64,000 bases of DNA from Pristiophorus japonicus (lineage: Eukaryota), in the NCBI RefSeq assembly GCF_044704955.1, contig NC_091999.1, positions 38,130,001 to 38,194,000 of the forward strand, given 5' to 3'. The position numbers and the translations under genes are program-made. The notes beneath the pieces were generated by a model that had not been told where the DNA came from, made no database searches, and saw nothing but the letters and a program-made list of their open reading frames with translations. This document shows positions 38,091-50,041 of the stretch, piece after piece (the stretch's first letter is position 1; each line of letters starts with the position of its first letter).

Positions 38091-38244
38091 AATAAAGAGC
38101 AACCAATCAAAATATGGGGTAAATTAAAGATATATTCTCCAAAAACAGTTGATACTGCCCTGTAAGGTTATTTGTTGTTGAAGTTATCAGTTGCTTCTCC
38201 ACCATGTTAATCCGATCTCAGTGGGTTTGACTGGTTGAAGTTAC

Positions 38245-39480
38245 CTCCTTTTTGAGGAATTAACCAGGTTGGTCGATGAGGGCCAACCATATGAAGTAAT
38301 GTATATGGACTTTCGCAAAGCATTTGATAAGGTCTCACATGGCAAACTAATCACAAAAGTAAAAACTCTTGCGATACAAGGCAAAGTGGCAAGTTGGACC
38401 AAAAATTGGCTCAGAGGCAGGAAGCAATGGATAACGGTTGATGGGTGTTTTTGTTGCTGGAAAGATCTTTCCAGTGGTGTTCCACAGGGCTCAGTTCTAG
38501 ATCTCAACTTTTTGTGATATACATCAATGATCTAGACTTGAATATAGGGGGTATGATTGAGAAGTTTGCAGATGATACTAAAACTGGCTATATGGTTGAT
38601 AATGAAGAGGAAAGTTGCGTAATGCAGGAAGATATGAATCAACTGGTCATGGGTGCAGAATAGTGCAAATTTGAATTGAATCCAGAGAACTGTGAGGTAA
38701 TGCATTTGGGGATGGCTATCAAGGAACGGGAATACACTTTAAATGGTTGCAACTGAGAAGTGTAGAAGAACAAAGGGACTCTGGATGTCCAAAGTGCATG
38801 TCCACAGATCCCTGAAAGTAATAGAGCAGGTAGATAAGCTGGTTAAGAAGGCATACGGAATGCTTGCCTTTATTAGGCAAGGCATAGCATACAATAAAGG
38901 TGGTTTATGTTTGAACTGTATAAAATACTGGTTAGGCCACAGCTGTAGTACTGGTCACGACATTAAAGGAAGGGCGTGATTGCACTCGAGAGGGTATAGA
39001 GGAGATTTAGGAGGATGTTGGCAGCAGTGGAGAATATTAACTGTGAGTACAGATTGCACAGGCTAAATTTGTTTTCCTAGGAACAGACGAGGCTGAGGGG
39101 TGAACTGATTGAGGTGTATTCATTTATGAGGGGCCAAGATAGAATAGATAGAAAGGGTCTATTTCCCATAGAAGAGGGGTCGACATACAGCGGGCATAAA
39201 TTTAAAGTAATTGGTAGAAGGTTTAGAGGGCAGTTGAAGGGAATTTCTTAACGCAGAGCGTTACTGAGGTCTGGAACTCACTGGCTGAAAGGGTGGCATA
39301 GGGAGAAACCCTCACCACATTTACAAAGTACTTGAATGTGCAGTTGAAGTATCGTAACCTGCAGGGTTACGGACCAAGGCTGGGAAGTGGGATTTGGCTG
39401 GTTTGCCTCTGATTGACTGGCATAGTCACGATGGGAGGAAATGGCCTCCTTTCGTGCTGTAAACTTTTGTGATTCTATGA
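38245..39480 (+). mobile_element. Older CR1 LINE 3' fragment
   Basis: YMDFRKAFDKVSH, GVPQGSVL, KFADD in short frameshifted ORFs. Confidence 0.9.
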
Positions 39481-39644
39481 TGTTGCTCTCTGAAATCTTT
39501 GGAAACCAGTAGATACGAGAGATCCCTGAGGGTCCAGCATGCATAATTTCACACATCAAGGACGAAACTGCATCCTGTAAATGGACGGATATGATTAAAG
39601 TTATTGAAATACTGAAAATAATGTCATCCTATACGTGAGAAAGC

Positions 39645-40360
39645 GAGATATCTGTGCACTGACTAATGTCTCAGTCGCTCTCCCTCCCGATGTTAACTGT
39701 ATATTTACAGATGTCTCGATGCCCCCCACCCCTCTCGCAGGAAAACATATTTACGTTGACTGGTGTCTCCCAGTCTCTTGTCACTCAAGAAATGTTTGTA
39801 CAGTGCTGGTATCTCTCAGTCCCTTCCCAACTCAGGGAGATTTCTGTAGACTGGCTGGTGTCCCTCAGTCCCTGCTCGCACAAGAGATATCTGTGCAGTG
39901 CCTGGCGTCTCAGTCTACTCTCCCTGAGGGAGATAGCTCTACACTGGCAAGTGTCTCTCCGTCCCTGTCCAGCATGGAGGTATCAATATATCGACAGTTT
40001 TCCTCATTCCCCTATCCCTCATGGCTATACCTGCATACTCAAGAAATATCTGGACACTGACGGGTGTCTCTCTGTCTCATGTCCTGAGGTGCTATCTGTA
40101 CAATGGACGGTTTATCTCTGTCCCTCTCCTTCATGGATATATGAGAATATTGACTGATGTCGTTCAGTTCCACTCCACAGGGAGATATCTGTACATTGAC
40201 TGATTTCTCTCACTCCTTCTCCATCAGGGAGAGATCTCGACATTGATTGGTATCCATATGACTTCCTCCCTCAGGGACATATCAGTACATCGACTGGTGT
40301 CTCAGTCTGTAACCCTCATGGTAATAGCTGCACAGTGTCGGGTGCCTCTTAGTCCCTGCT
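39645..40360. repeat. Degenerate ~45-bp minisatellite running into assembly gap
   Basis: Recurring CAGGGAGATATCTGTACANTGACTGGTGTCTCTCAGTCCCT-like unit. Confidence 0.75.
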
Positions 40361-40506
40361 NNNNNNNNNNNNNNNNNNNNNNNNNNNNNNNNNNNNNNNN
40401 NNNNNNNNNNNNNNNNNNNNNNNNNNNNNNNNNNNNNNNNNNNNNNNNNNNNNNNNNNNNNNNNNNNNNNNNNNNNNNNNNNNNNNNNNNNNNNNNNNNN
40501 NNNNNN
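40361..40506. other. Assembly gap (N)
   Basis: 146 Ns. Confidence 1.
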
Positions 40507-40925
40507 GGGAGATTGAGTAGACTACTCCTATATCCTCTAGAGTTACGAAGAATAAAATGTCATATAAAAACTACAAAATTCTTCCAGGGCTTTACAGAGT
40601 AGACGCAGGCAAGATCTGGCAGGAGAGTCTAGAACTAGGCTTTCACTATCTCAGGATAAATCAGGACTTAGATGAAGAGAAATGTCTTCACAGAGGTGGG
40701 TGATTCTTTGGAATTCTCTGCTCAAGAGGGCAGTGGAGGCATACTCGTTCAGTAAGTTCAAGGCAGATATCGATAGATTGTCGAATAATAAGTGAATCAA
40801 GGGATTCTTGATAGTGCTGGAAAGTGCAGTTGAGGTACAAGATCAGCCATTACTTTACTGAAGGGCGGAGCAGGCTCGTGGGGCCAAATGGCCTCTTACT
40901 GCTCCTATTTTTTATGTTATTATGT
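40507..40925 (+). mobile_element. CR1 LINE 3' end
   Basis: RLSRL.LYPLELRR motif, AGATCAGCCAT 3' UTR, TTATG tail. Confidence 0.85.
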
Positions 40926-41359
40926 ATCCCTGCATTGTGCCTCACTGATTTTCAATTGAATATGATTTCTGATGTGACTCGTAATGTACTTCCACGGTTT
41001 TAAGGACTGTTGAGATAGTGTCCACTTGATCCTGAGACATAGCGTCACATCCAGCAACAAGCAAAGGAGATGAAGGTCGGTCTGATTCAGACTGGATGGG
41101 GAAGTTGTTTACATTCTTTAATTACAGTGTGCCAAATGTACATTTATCAAGTGTCCGTACACCCTGCGGTTTCCATCTCCTGACCCTCGCCCCTCTCCTG
41201 CATTATGTTATTGCAGATCCCGCTCGCCAGTCCCACCATGCAGTGTATTACATGGCAGTACAAAATGAGATTTCCATAACTTGATTTTGAAAGTGTAACT
41301 TTTCCACACACACAAATCGAACTGCAAACAGCGCTCAACATTATATTTACCGATCTACC

Positions 41360-41605
41360 GAGCTATCTGTCTATCCTATCAATATCTATCTTTCAATCTG
41401 TCTCTATATCTATAGATTCTTCTAGCCCTTTCTGTCTATCTGTCTAACTATCTATCTGTTAGTCTGTCTGTCAGTCTGTCTATCAGTCTGTCTGTAGGTA
41501 TATCTGTCTATCTATCTATATATTTATCAGTCGATCTATGTAACTATCAATCTATTCGGCTGTCTGTCTATCTTTCTATCTGCCTATCTGGCAGATTATC
41601 CCTCT
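41360..41605. repeat. (TCTA/TCTG)n microsatellite
   Basis: Visible tetranucleotide repeats up to the gap. Confidence 0.85.
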
Positions 41606-41769
41606 NNNNNNNNNNNNNNNNNNNNNNNNNNNNNNNNNNNNNNNNNNNNNNNNNNNNNNNNNNNNNNNNNNNNNNNNNNNNNNNNNNNNNNNNNNNNNNN
41701 NNNNNNNNNNNNNNNNNNNNNNNNNNNNNNNNNNNNNNNNNNNNNNNNNNNNNNNNNNNNNNNNNNNNN
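41606..41769. other. Assembly gap (N)
   Basis: 164 Ns. Confidence 1.
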
Positions 41770-41804
41770 AGGAATTTATCTCTTTTTCAATATCTTGATT
41801 CGTT

Positions 41805-41992
41805 TATAATTGTAGCGCCCCCTACTGCTTTCTTAATTTTTTAACGCATGGAATGTCATGTTCTTTAATAATTGTTGCGCCCCCTGCTGCCCTCTGACTG
41901 ATTTGCCGCAAGAAAAACGACGCTCTGTACAAATTTAGCACCGCCTACTGCCATCTGACAGATTTAGTGCAAGAGAACGGACACTCTACAAA
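41805..41992 (-). promoter_or_regulatory. ~61-bp tandem repeat with CTCF-like cores (3 copies; 2 more at 44145-44255)
   Basis: Minus strand GCAGTAGGGGGCGCT (41828-41814), GCAGCAGGGGGCGCA (41890-41876), GCAGTAGGCGGTGCT (41951-41937); compare CTCF core CCASYAGRKGGCRS. Confidence 0.55.
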
Positions 41993-42002
41993 CAAAGATA
42001 CG

Positions 42003-43960
42003 AGCATACATACAATGATGGAAAGGTTAAGACCATCTGGTCCATTGAGCCTGTCCCACGCCGCCCGAAACGATGTGATCTCCTGGAAATAGCAAAAATC
42101 TGATTAAAAACCCAGGCCAATTTTGGAGAAGAAATTTGGCAAATTCTTCTCTGATCCATCTAGGTGATCGAAACTAGTCCAAGTGATCACTCTGGCCTTG
42201 AATTTCCTGCAGTACATACCTTCTGTAACATGTGATCTCTACCGCAGCCAGAAACAAATCCAGCTTTCACTTGAGGAATTCAGTGAGTCTGCATTCATTA
42301 CATGAAATGACAGATTGTACAATGGTCTACTATCTTCTGGGAAAAGATCCACCTCCTGACATCTAACCTAGATCTAGTCCTATACAACTGAAATATGTGA
42401 TACCTGGTCCTACCTAACCTATTTAATTGAAATAAACTATCGACTGGAAAACCTTCTATTTCCTTCATTATTTTAAAACCTCAATCAGATCCCCCCTAAG
42501 TCTATGCTGATCTAAGGAATTGAGTTCCAACTCTTTCAACCTATCTTGGTAATTAAAATGCTTTATACTTGGAAATAGCCGAGTGACCCTCTTGTTCTCC
42601 TTTTCAGAGCGTCAATATCACCTATCATGTGAGGAGGACAACACTGGACACAGTATTCAAAGCTCGGTCTGACTAAGGCCTTGTTCAAGGACAAAACAGT
42701 ACACGTCCTATTATAATCAAATGTCCTTTGGATACACCCCGATGCCTTATTTGCTGTAACTATCACTGCACAGCATTGCTCATGTACCTTTAAGGATGTA
42801 TGTACTAGAATGCGCAATTCTATTTCTATCTGCGCCAAATTTAATACCTTTCCCTGGAGGGTGTAAGAATGTGAACATTTGCCCTACCCACATGCATAAA
42901 TATGCACTTATCTAAGTCGTACATCATTTTCCAGACTTGAGCATAATCTACCAGCACATTCAGATCTGCCTGAAGCAGTCGAGCATCTGCTATAATTCAA
43001 AATCTCACTCAGATCTTGGTATCATCTGCAAATTTAAAAGTTTTGCGCGCAATCCCAAAATCTAGATCATTAATACAAATAGTAAAACACAATTGTCCCA
43101 ACACTGTCCGCTGCCAGACACCACGGGTGACTAGTCTACAATCAGATTCAAATCCATCAATTATTACTTTTTACCAGTGTCCTGCCAGCCAGTTCTGAAT
43201 CCAACTCAATATATTTCAACGTTTACCAGAGGCTCCGATCTTATACAAAAGCCTTTTGTGCGGTACTTTTTCAAAATGTTTTGGGAAATCTGAGTGGACA
43301 ATGTCTGCTGGGCTTCCCTGATCCACAAACTTCGTAACTGTTTCAAAAAATACAATTAGATTTGCGAGATATTACCTCTTTTGTATGAAGTCATATTGGT
43401 ATGCCTAAAATGTCCCTCCCTATCCAATATTCTTAAATCCCTTATGGTTGCTTCAAACATCTTACCTATTACTGATGTTAAACTGATGGGCCTATAGTTG
43501 CCCGGGTCTGTCTTGTCACCTATTTCAAAAATGGGGTCTGCATTAGTCTCCTTCCAATCTGTAGGAAACATTCAAGAGAGCAGTGAGCTATTAAAAATAC
43601 AGGCCAGGAGCTCTCACAGCTCATGTCCTATCTCACAGAGGACCATCAGGCGGATATCATCCAGCACGGATGCTCTATCTATTTTCAAGTTCTTAATTAT
43701 TTTTACCCTAACGTTTTTATCTTTGGTAATGCTGCTAACAAAATTAGTAGAATTAAATTCTAATATTCGAGCATCATTTTCAAGGGTGAAGACTGATGCA
43801 AAGTACAAATGTAATATTTCCACCATTCTTAGTGAATCCTTTGCAACCTGCCCTTGAACACCCTTCAGTGGACCAATACAGTCTTTGATAAGTCTCTGAT
43901 TCACCACGTAAAGAAAAATGCTGATCCCATTACTGCCACAGTTGTCTACAAACCATTAGT
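42003..43960 (-). mobile_element. Old CR1-clade LINE (distinct subfamily)
   Basis: PTDWK..DPGNYRPISLTS, LVRPSFEYCVQ motifs. Confidence 0.9.
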
Positions 43961-44319
43961 CCATTAGTGTTTGATGATATAATAGCAGCCATCATTTTCT
44001 TTAGCTGTTTCCTGGATTCAACCCTGTTTATTTGAGTATTACATGTTTTAATTGATAATAAAAACGTTTCTGTTTACATCTTATTTGTCTGTCTAGTTTT
44101 ACCATCCCGATTATTGATTTATCGGATGATGAGGGATGTGGTTTATAATATTAGCACCCCTTCTGCCGTTTGACGGTTTGCTGCAGAACAAGGGGTGCTC
44201 TGTCCAATGGTAGCACCACCTACTTCCCTATGACTGCTTTATTGCAGGATGAGAGACAAAAGTTATCATTAGATCGCAACAACTGCTTTCTCCCACTGAG
44301 ATAATTTGGGTCCGATTAA

Positions 44320-44615
44320 GGAACATAACAAACATTAGAAATAGGAGCAGGAGTAGGCCCTATGCCTCTCGAGCCTGCTCTGCCATTCAATAAATTCAAG
44401 ATTGATCATCGAACTCAACTACACTTTCCTGCACAATCTTCATATCCACAGATTCCCCATAGACTCCAAAAATCTATCTGCCTCAGTCTTGAATATATTC
44501 AGAGATATGAGGCCGAGAATTCAAAAGATTCAGAACCCTCTGAGTGAAGAAATTCCTCCTCATCTCGATCCTAAATGGGCTTCCCCTTATCCTGAGACTG
44601 TGCCCCATAGTTCTA
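44320..44615 (-). mobile_element. CR1 3' end fragment
   Basis: ATAGGAGCAGGAGTAGGCC 3' motif followed by RT C-terminal homology. Confidence 0.85.
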
Positions 44616-45724
44616 GAGAAAACACCAGGAATTGAACTCGGACCTCCATGCTGTGTATGGTTTTATGGCATCTTCGAATGTCCAGATGGAGATTTTCATT
44701 TTATTTTCCTTAGAAAGATACGGAAGTCTTTTTTCCCCTTCCACATGGTGCAATATTCATTGGAAGTTATTCTAATGTAGAAAAGGTGAGCTCGAAAATG
44801 GCTGCCTTAATTTGTTTGTTTCAATGACCATAGCTAACAATAAAATTGCACAATCTGATTGGCTCACTAGGGATTAACATTCGGTATAACTAAGGGATCA
44901 TTAGAATGAGCCACAACTCATGTTGGAGCTACTGTCTGCAGCAATTCTTTTCTCACTGAGAATGCACGCCCCTGGAAACAGTCCAATACTTTCCATTTAC
45001 TATCCGCTTCTCGCTGCTATCATTGCAAGTCATTACAGCAAGTCATTGGTTGTTAAGGTTTCTGCTGATATTCTGCGTCTTTACCCGTTTTGACATTTTG
45101 TGTTTCGAGATTTTGCTTCACAGCCGCTTTGTTCATTGTGTTCTAATGAAAGATCACTGATCTGATGCATTAACTCATTTTCTCTTTCCACAGATGTTGC
45201 TTGATCTTCCAGGTTTTCTGTTCTCATTTCAAATCTCCCTGAGTCAGAGTATGTGTCTTTTGTATCCCTGTTCATTGTGAAATTTTATTGGAATTGTAAA
45301 GTTCCCCGGTGTCCAAAGCAAAATTTATTACAACATCATTCTGCATCAGCGTGACTTCTTGTCCCAGATCTATATTCGCACTGCCTTCAGCTAACAATCT
45401 CTGTTCAAGTCCAAAAGTCGTTATTTTTAAAAAGTAAAAATCGTGTGACTAATGAAAAAATATGAAGTGAACCGATGCAACAATGATCGGTCAATAATTT
45501 GTGTCTTGATATGTATTTCCCGCCACTTTTCATCAGTGCAGTTAATTCTGGTGATCAAGCACTGGTTCACAAATGCTGTCTACGGACAAATGTCCAGAAA
45601 TGATGCCTGTAAATGTTTATTAAAATGCATCTATTTCTGAATATTGCGTTGAAACGATACGAAAATCAGCTGTGTAGTTGATAATGAAGAATAAAGGTGC
45701 GGACAGCAGGAAAATGTCTATCAA

Positions 45725-45880
45725 CGGGTCAGGTGGGCAGAACAGTGGCAAATTGAATTTAATCCAGAGGTTTGTGAGGTAATGCATTTGGGGAAGGCTG
45801 ACAAGGAAAGGGAATACACATTAAATGGTAAACTGAGAAGTGTAGAGGGACAAAGAGACGTTGGAGTGCATGTCCACAGA
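45725..45880 (+). mobile_element. CR1 fragment, left half of Tx1 target
   Basis: W...WQIEFNPE.CEVMHLG motif; continues at 53056. Confidence 0.85.
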
Positions 45881-46095
45881 ACTCTTTTTTTGGGAGAAAA
45901 TTAACACATGAAATCAGTAAATCGTGTCCCCCCGATCTGGGCGGCGCACCAACATTTCCAAGGCACTTTTTTTTTCGTAAGTTTTTTTTTGGGCACTAAA
46001 ATCTTATTTTTTTTTCTCCAAGTGCCCCCTATAAAAGGGGAGGGGGACACTAAAAACACCGGCAATTGAAACAAATTAAACTTTAAAATATAAAA

Positions 46096-49000
46096 TCAAA
46101 TTAAAATTTGGTTGCCGGGCGTGACGATGCACTCCATTCCCTCCGGCGCCCACCTCTCGTGGAAGGCCACGAGCGTACCGGTGGACATCGCATGCTCCAT
46201 CTCCAAGGACACCCTGGCACGGATGTATGCGCGGAAGAGAGGCAGGCAGTCAGGTTGTACGACCCCCTCGACCGCCCACTGCCTGGACCGGCTGATGGCA
46301 CCCTTGGCCGTGCCCAGGAGCAGTCCTACGAGGAGGCCCTCGGACCTACCCGCTCCCCTCCGCACAGGGTGTCCAAGGATCAGGAGTGTGGGACTGAAGT
46401 GCAGCCAGAACTTCAGGAGCAGCCCCTTTAAATAATAAAAAAGGGGCTGCAACCTCGCGCATTCCATAAAAACATGGAACACGGACTCTTCCAGACCGCA
46501 GAAATTGCAGGCGGACTGCGAGCCCGTGAACTGGTTTAAAAATTTATTGCACGGGACTGCTCCGTGCACCACCCTCCATGCCAAATCCCCGATAAATACT
46601 GGAAGGACTCCCGCGTCGAGTGCCCTCTATTGGTGACCCCCGCCTCCTCCGGACGGCAAGATGGTACGCCATGGCGTGTCCGGATGGCAGACGAGGATGG
46701 CAAAGTTGAGAGTGTGCAGGAGCAGCCCGTACAGGAAACCCCTCCGCACGGAACTGAAAGGCTCGGAGGGGATTTCCTCGAGGCGGCTCAAGTTGTGAGG
46801 CGCCGGCTCCCGAGGGAGGTTCCAGGGTTTGGCGCCGATGAGGAATTCCGTCCGGACGTGGGTCAGTTCGGACGGGATCTCCCCACGTGCTTGAGCCTCC
46901 TCGATGCATCTAATGGAGTCAGGGTCCAGAGCTGTTTTTAGCGACTCAATGGCATTGGCCGCGTGGCGGACGTTGGTGGAATTTAGGCGCCACGCCAGCA
47001 TGTCTGGCGCCATCCAGCCCGCTCCTTCGCCATCGAGCAGGTTCCTAACCCTGGTCACCTCACCAGCCACAGCTCTCTCGTCCGACCGCCACCAAAAACC
47101 TCGGTCGTGGAGATACGGATTCCCGAGCAGCGGCTCCTGCAGGACGGCCGCCACTCCAGCCGGTGGAGAGCTGCGCTTGGTGGAGACTTTGTTCCAGACC
47201 GTGGTGAGTTCCTTGTAAAAGACAGGCAGCTCCTGGAAGGCGGTCCTGACGCCCCCCAAGCTCACAAACAGGAGCTGCGTGTCGTAGTTGAGGCCGTGCT
47301 GCTGGCGGAAGAAATACGTCGCCAGAGCACGCCACCTAGGAGGGGGCTCGACGAAAAGGTATCTCTGCAGGGTCTGAAGACGGAAAGTCGCGAGCTGCGT
47401 GCTGACGCACACCAACGACTGACCGCCCTCCCCAAGCAGGAGAATCAAGACCGCGGCAGAGACACAGTGCTTCCTGTTGTTCCAGAAGAAATCCACCAGC
47501 TTCTTCTGTATCTTGGTGACAAACGCAGGGGGAGGGGTCAAAGTGGCCAGCCGGTACCACAACATGACTAGCGCTCGACCCCTGTAGGACAGCACTCGGA
47601 GCAGTACTGTCCAGCACCCTAGGCGAGCGGCGAACTTGGCCTCCAGCTCTTGCCAGTTCGCTGGCCAGGATTCCTCGTCGGGGCTAAGGTAGACTCCCAG
47701 ATAGAGGAGATGGGTCGTGCTCCAGGCAAAAGGCCTGAGCTCCTCCGGCAGGGAGTCCACCCGCCACTGACCAACCAGGAGTCCGGAACATTTCCCCCAG
47801 TTGATGCTGGCGGAGGATGCGGCCGAGTAAATCTCCCGGCACTCACGCATACTCCGCAGGTCAGCGGGATCCTCTACCGCGAGGAGCACGTCATCGGCGT
47901 AAGCCGAGAGGACGACCTCCACGCCCGGCCCTTGCAGAGCCAGTCCCGTCAACCTCGTCCACAGGAGGCGCAGGAAAGGCTCCACGCTGATGGCATATAA
48001 ATGGCAGGACATGAGGCATCCCTGGCGCATCCCTCTCCCAAAGCCAAGGGGCGCCGTCAAGAACCCGTTTACCTTTATCAGACACTCTGCAGCGGCGTGC
48101 AAAAGTCGGATCCGGGCGACGAAATGCGTGCCAAACCCGAAAGCGCGCAGAGTCCCGAACAGGTAGTCGTGATCCACCCTGTCGAACGCCTTATCTTGGT
48201 CGAGAGATAGGAAGGCGACCGACAGACCAGCCTCCTGGGAATGATGGATGAGGTCCCGGACCAGATGGATATTATCGTGAATTGACCGGCCAGATACCGT
48301 GTAGGACTGGTCGGGGTGGATCATGAGGTCCAGCACGGCACCAAGGCGAGCAGACATCGCCCTGGCGAAGATTTTGTAGTCCGTGCTGAGGAGGGAGACT
48401 GGGCGCCAGTTCTTAAGGAGGCGGAGATCGCCCTTCTTCGGCAGCAGGACGATGACTGCCCTGCGCCAAGAGAGGGGCATCTCCCCGGTCGCCAGACTTT
48501 CCCCCAGGACCCGCGCATAGTCGCCCCCCAGGACGTCCCAGAATGCCCTGTGGAACTCCACGGTCAGCCCGTCCAGCCCCGGGGCTTTTCTCCTCGAGAG
48601 ACGGGCGAGGGCGCCGGTCAGCTCCGCCAAGCTTAGCGGAGCTTCCAGATTTTCGGCGCCCTCCGGGCTGACCTTCGGCAGGTCCTCCCACAAAACTCTA
48701 CGCGCTTCATCGCTGGACGGATCCGGAGAAAGCAGAGCCCCATAATATTCACGGGCCGTGTTGTTGACGCCCTCCGGATCCGAGACGAGAGAGCCGTCGT
48801 CGGCCAGCAGCGTCAAGAGCTGCTGACGGACACTCTGCTTTTTTTCCAGAGAGTAGAAGAAGGGGGAGCCACGGTCCAGATCCCGCAGGAACCGGATCCG
48901 CGACCTCACGAACGCGCCTCGGGACCCGACGAGCTGCACGTCCTTCAGCGCGGCCTTCTTCACTTCGTACACCATCGGCAGTCCGGGTCCTCAACGACTT

Positions 49001-49973
49001 GACCGAGACGGGACTCCAGGTCGAGCACCTTTTTTTCTAGGCGCCCGACCCTGGCCGCCCGCCTCTAGGTCGACCCCCTTGCGTACTCTTGACAGAAGAC
49101 GCGTATATGAGCCTTGCCCACGTCCCACCACAGCCTCAAGGAGGGGAAGCCCCCCTGCTTCCTCCTACAGTCGGCCCAGAAACGACGGAGCGAGTCCTGG
49201 AACCGCACGTCCTCCAGCAGCTGGTTGTTAAAATGCCAGTACGTGGACCCCGTCCTCGCACGGAGCGAAGCGAGCTCCGCCCACACCAAGTGTTGGTCCG
49301 AACACAGCACCGGTCGCATGGAGGCCGCCGGGACGCAGGAAACGTACGCCCGAGACACGTAAAGGCGGTCGACTCTGGACCATCCCACTCCAGGCCTCAC
49401 CCAAGTAAAGGTGCTGGAGTCGGGATGGAGATTTCGCCAGACGTCCACCAAGTCGAAGGACCCGACCAGGTCCCACAACTTCTCCATCGCCGTCATGCTC
49501 TGCGGGGCACCGGAGTGGTCCCTCGCCGAGAGGGTGCAGTTAAAATCCCCCCCGAGGACAATGCAGTCACCGACGTCGACGGAGCCAAGAAGAGCGGACA
49601 CCTCTTCGAAGAAGCGCGTCTGCTGCGGTCCGGGCTGAGGGGCGTACACGTTCACGAGATAGAGCGGCACGTCCCCCAGGCGAACCGTGACGTGCAGCAA
49701 GCGGCCTGACACGGGCTCCTCGACCACCAAGATCTCCGGCTGAAAATGCGGGGCCAACAAGATGGCCACCCGACAAGAAGTGGTAGTGAGGTGGCTCATG
49801 CGGACCTCTCCTTGCCATTCCAGGAGCCACGTGGCTTCGTCTCCTGGAACGGTGTGTGTTTCTTGCAGGAAGCACACCGCATATTTCCCCTCACGCAGGA
49901 GCGAAAAATTGTTAAATCAACGGTGTGCCCCTCTGCTGCCATTGATGTTGAGGCTGGCTATGGTTATCTTCAT
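46096..49973 (-). pseudogene. Tx1 ORF2 (AP endonuclease, reverse transcriptase, C-terminal CCHC), disrupted
   Basis: MKITIASLNINGSR..*..CFLQETH, NVYAP, GGDFNC, NWRPVSLL, SAYADD, CNFC..H..EC; stops near 49918, 49065 and 46627. Confidence 0.93.
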
Positions 49974-50041
49974 GACAAAAGCATAATGCAACCTCTACCT
50001 AACCTATTGTGGGGGGGGTGAGTGGAGTCCTTTGTTGACCT

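Noticed and set aside
41096-41284. ORF containing AVYY, possible V segment
   Set aside because: No Cys after YY, no FR3 pattern and no downstream heptamer.
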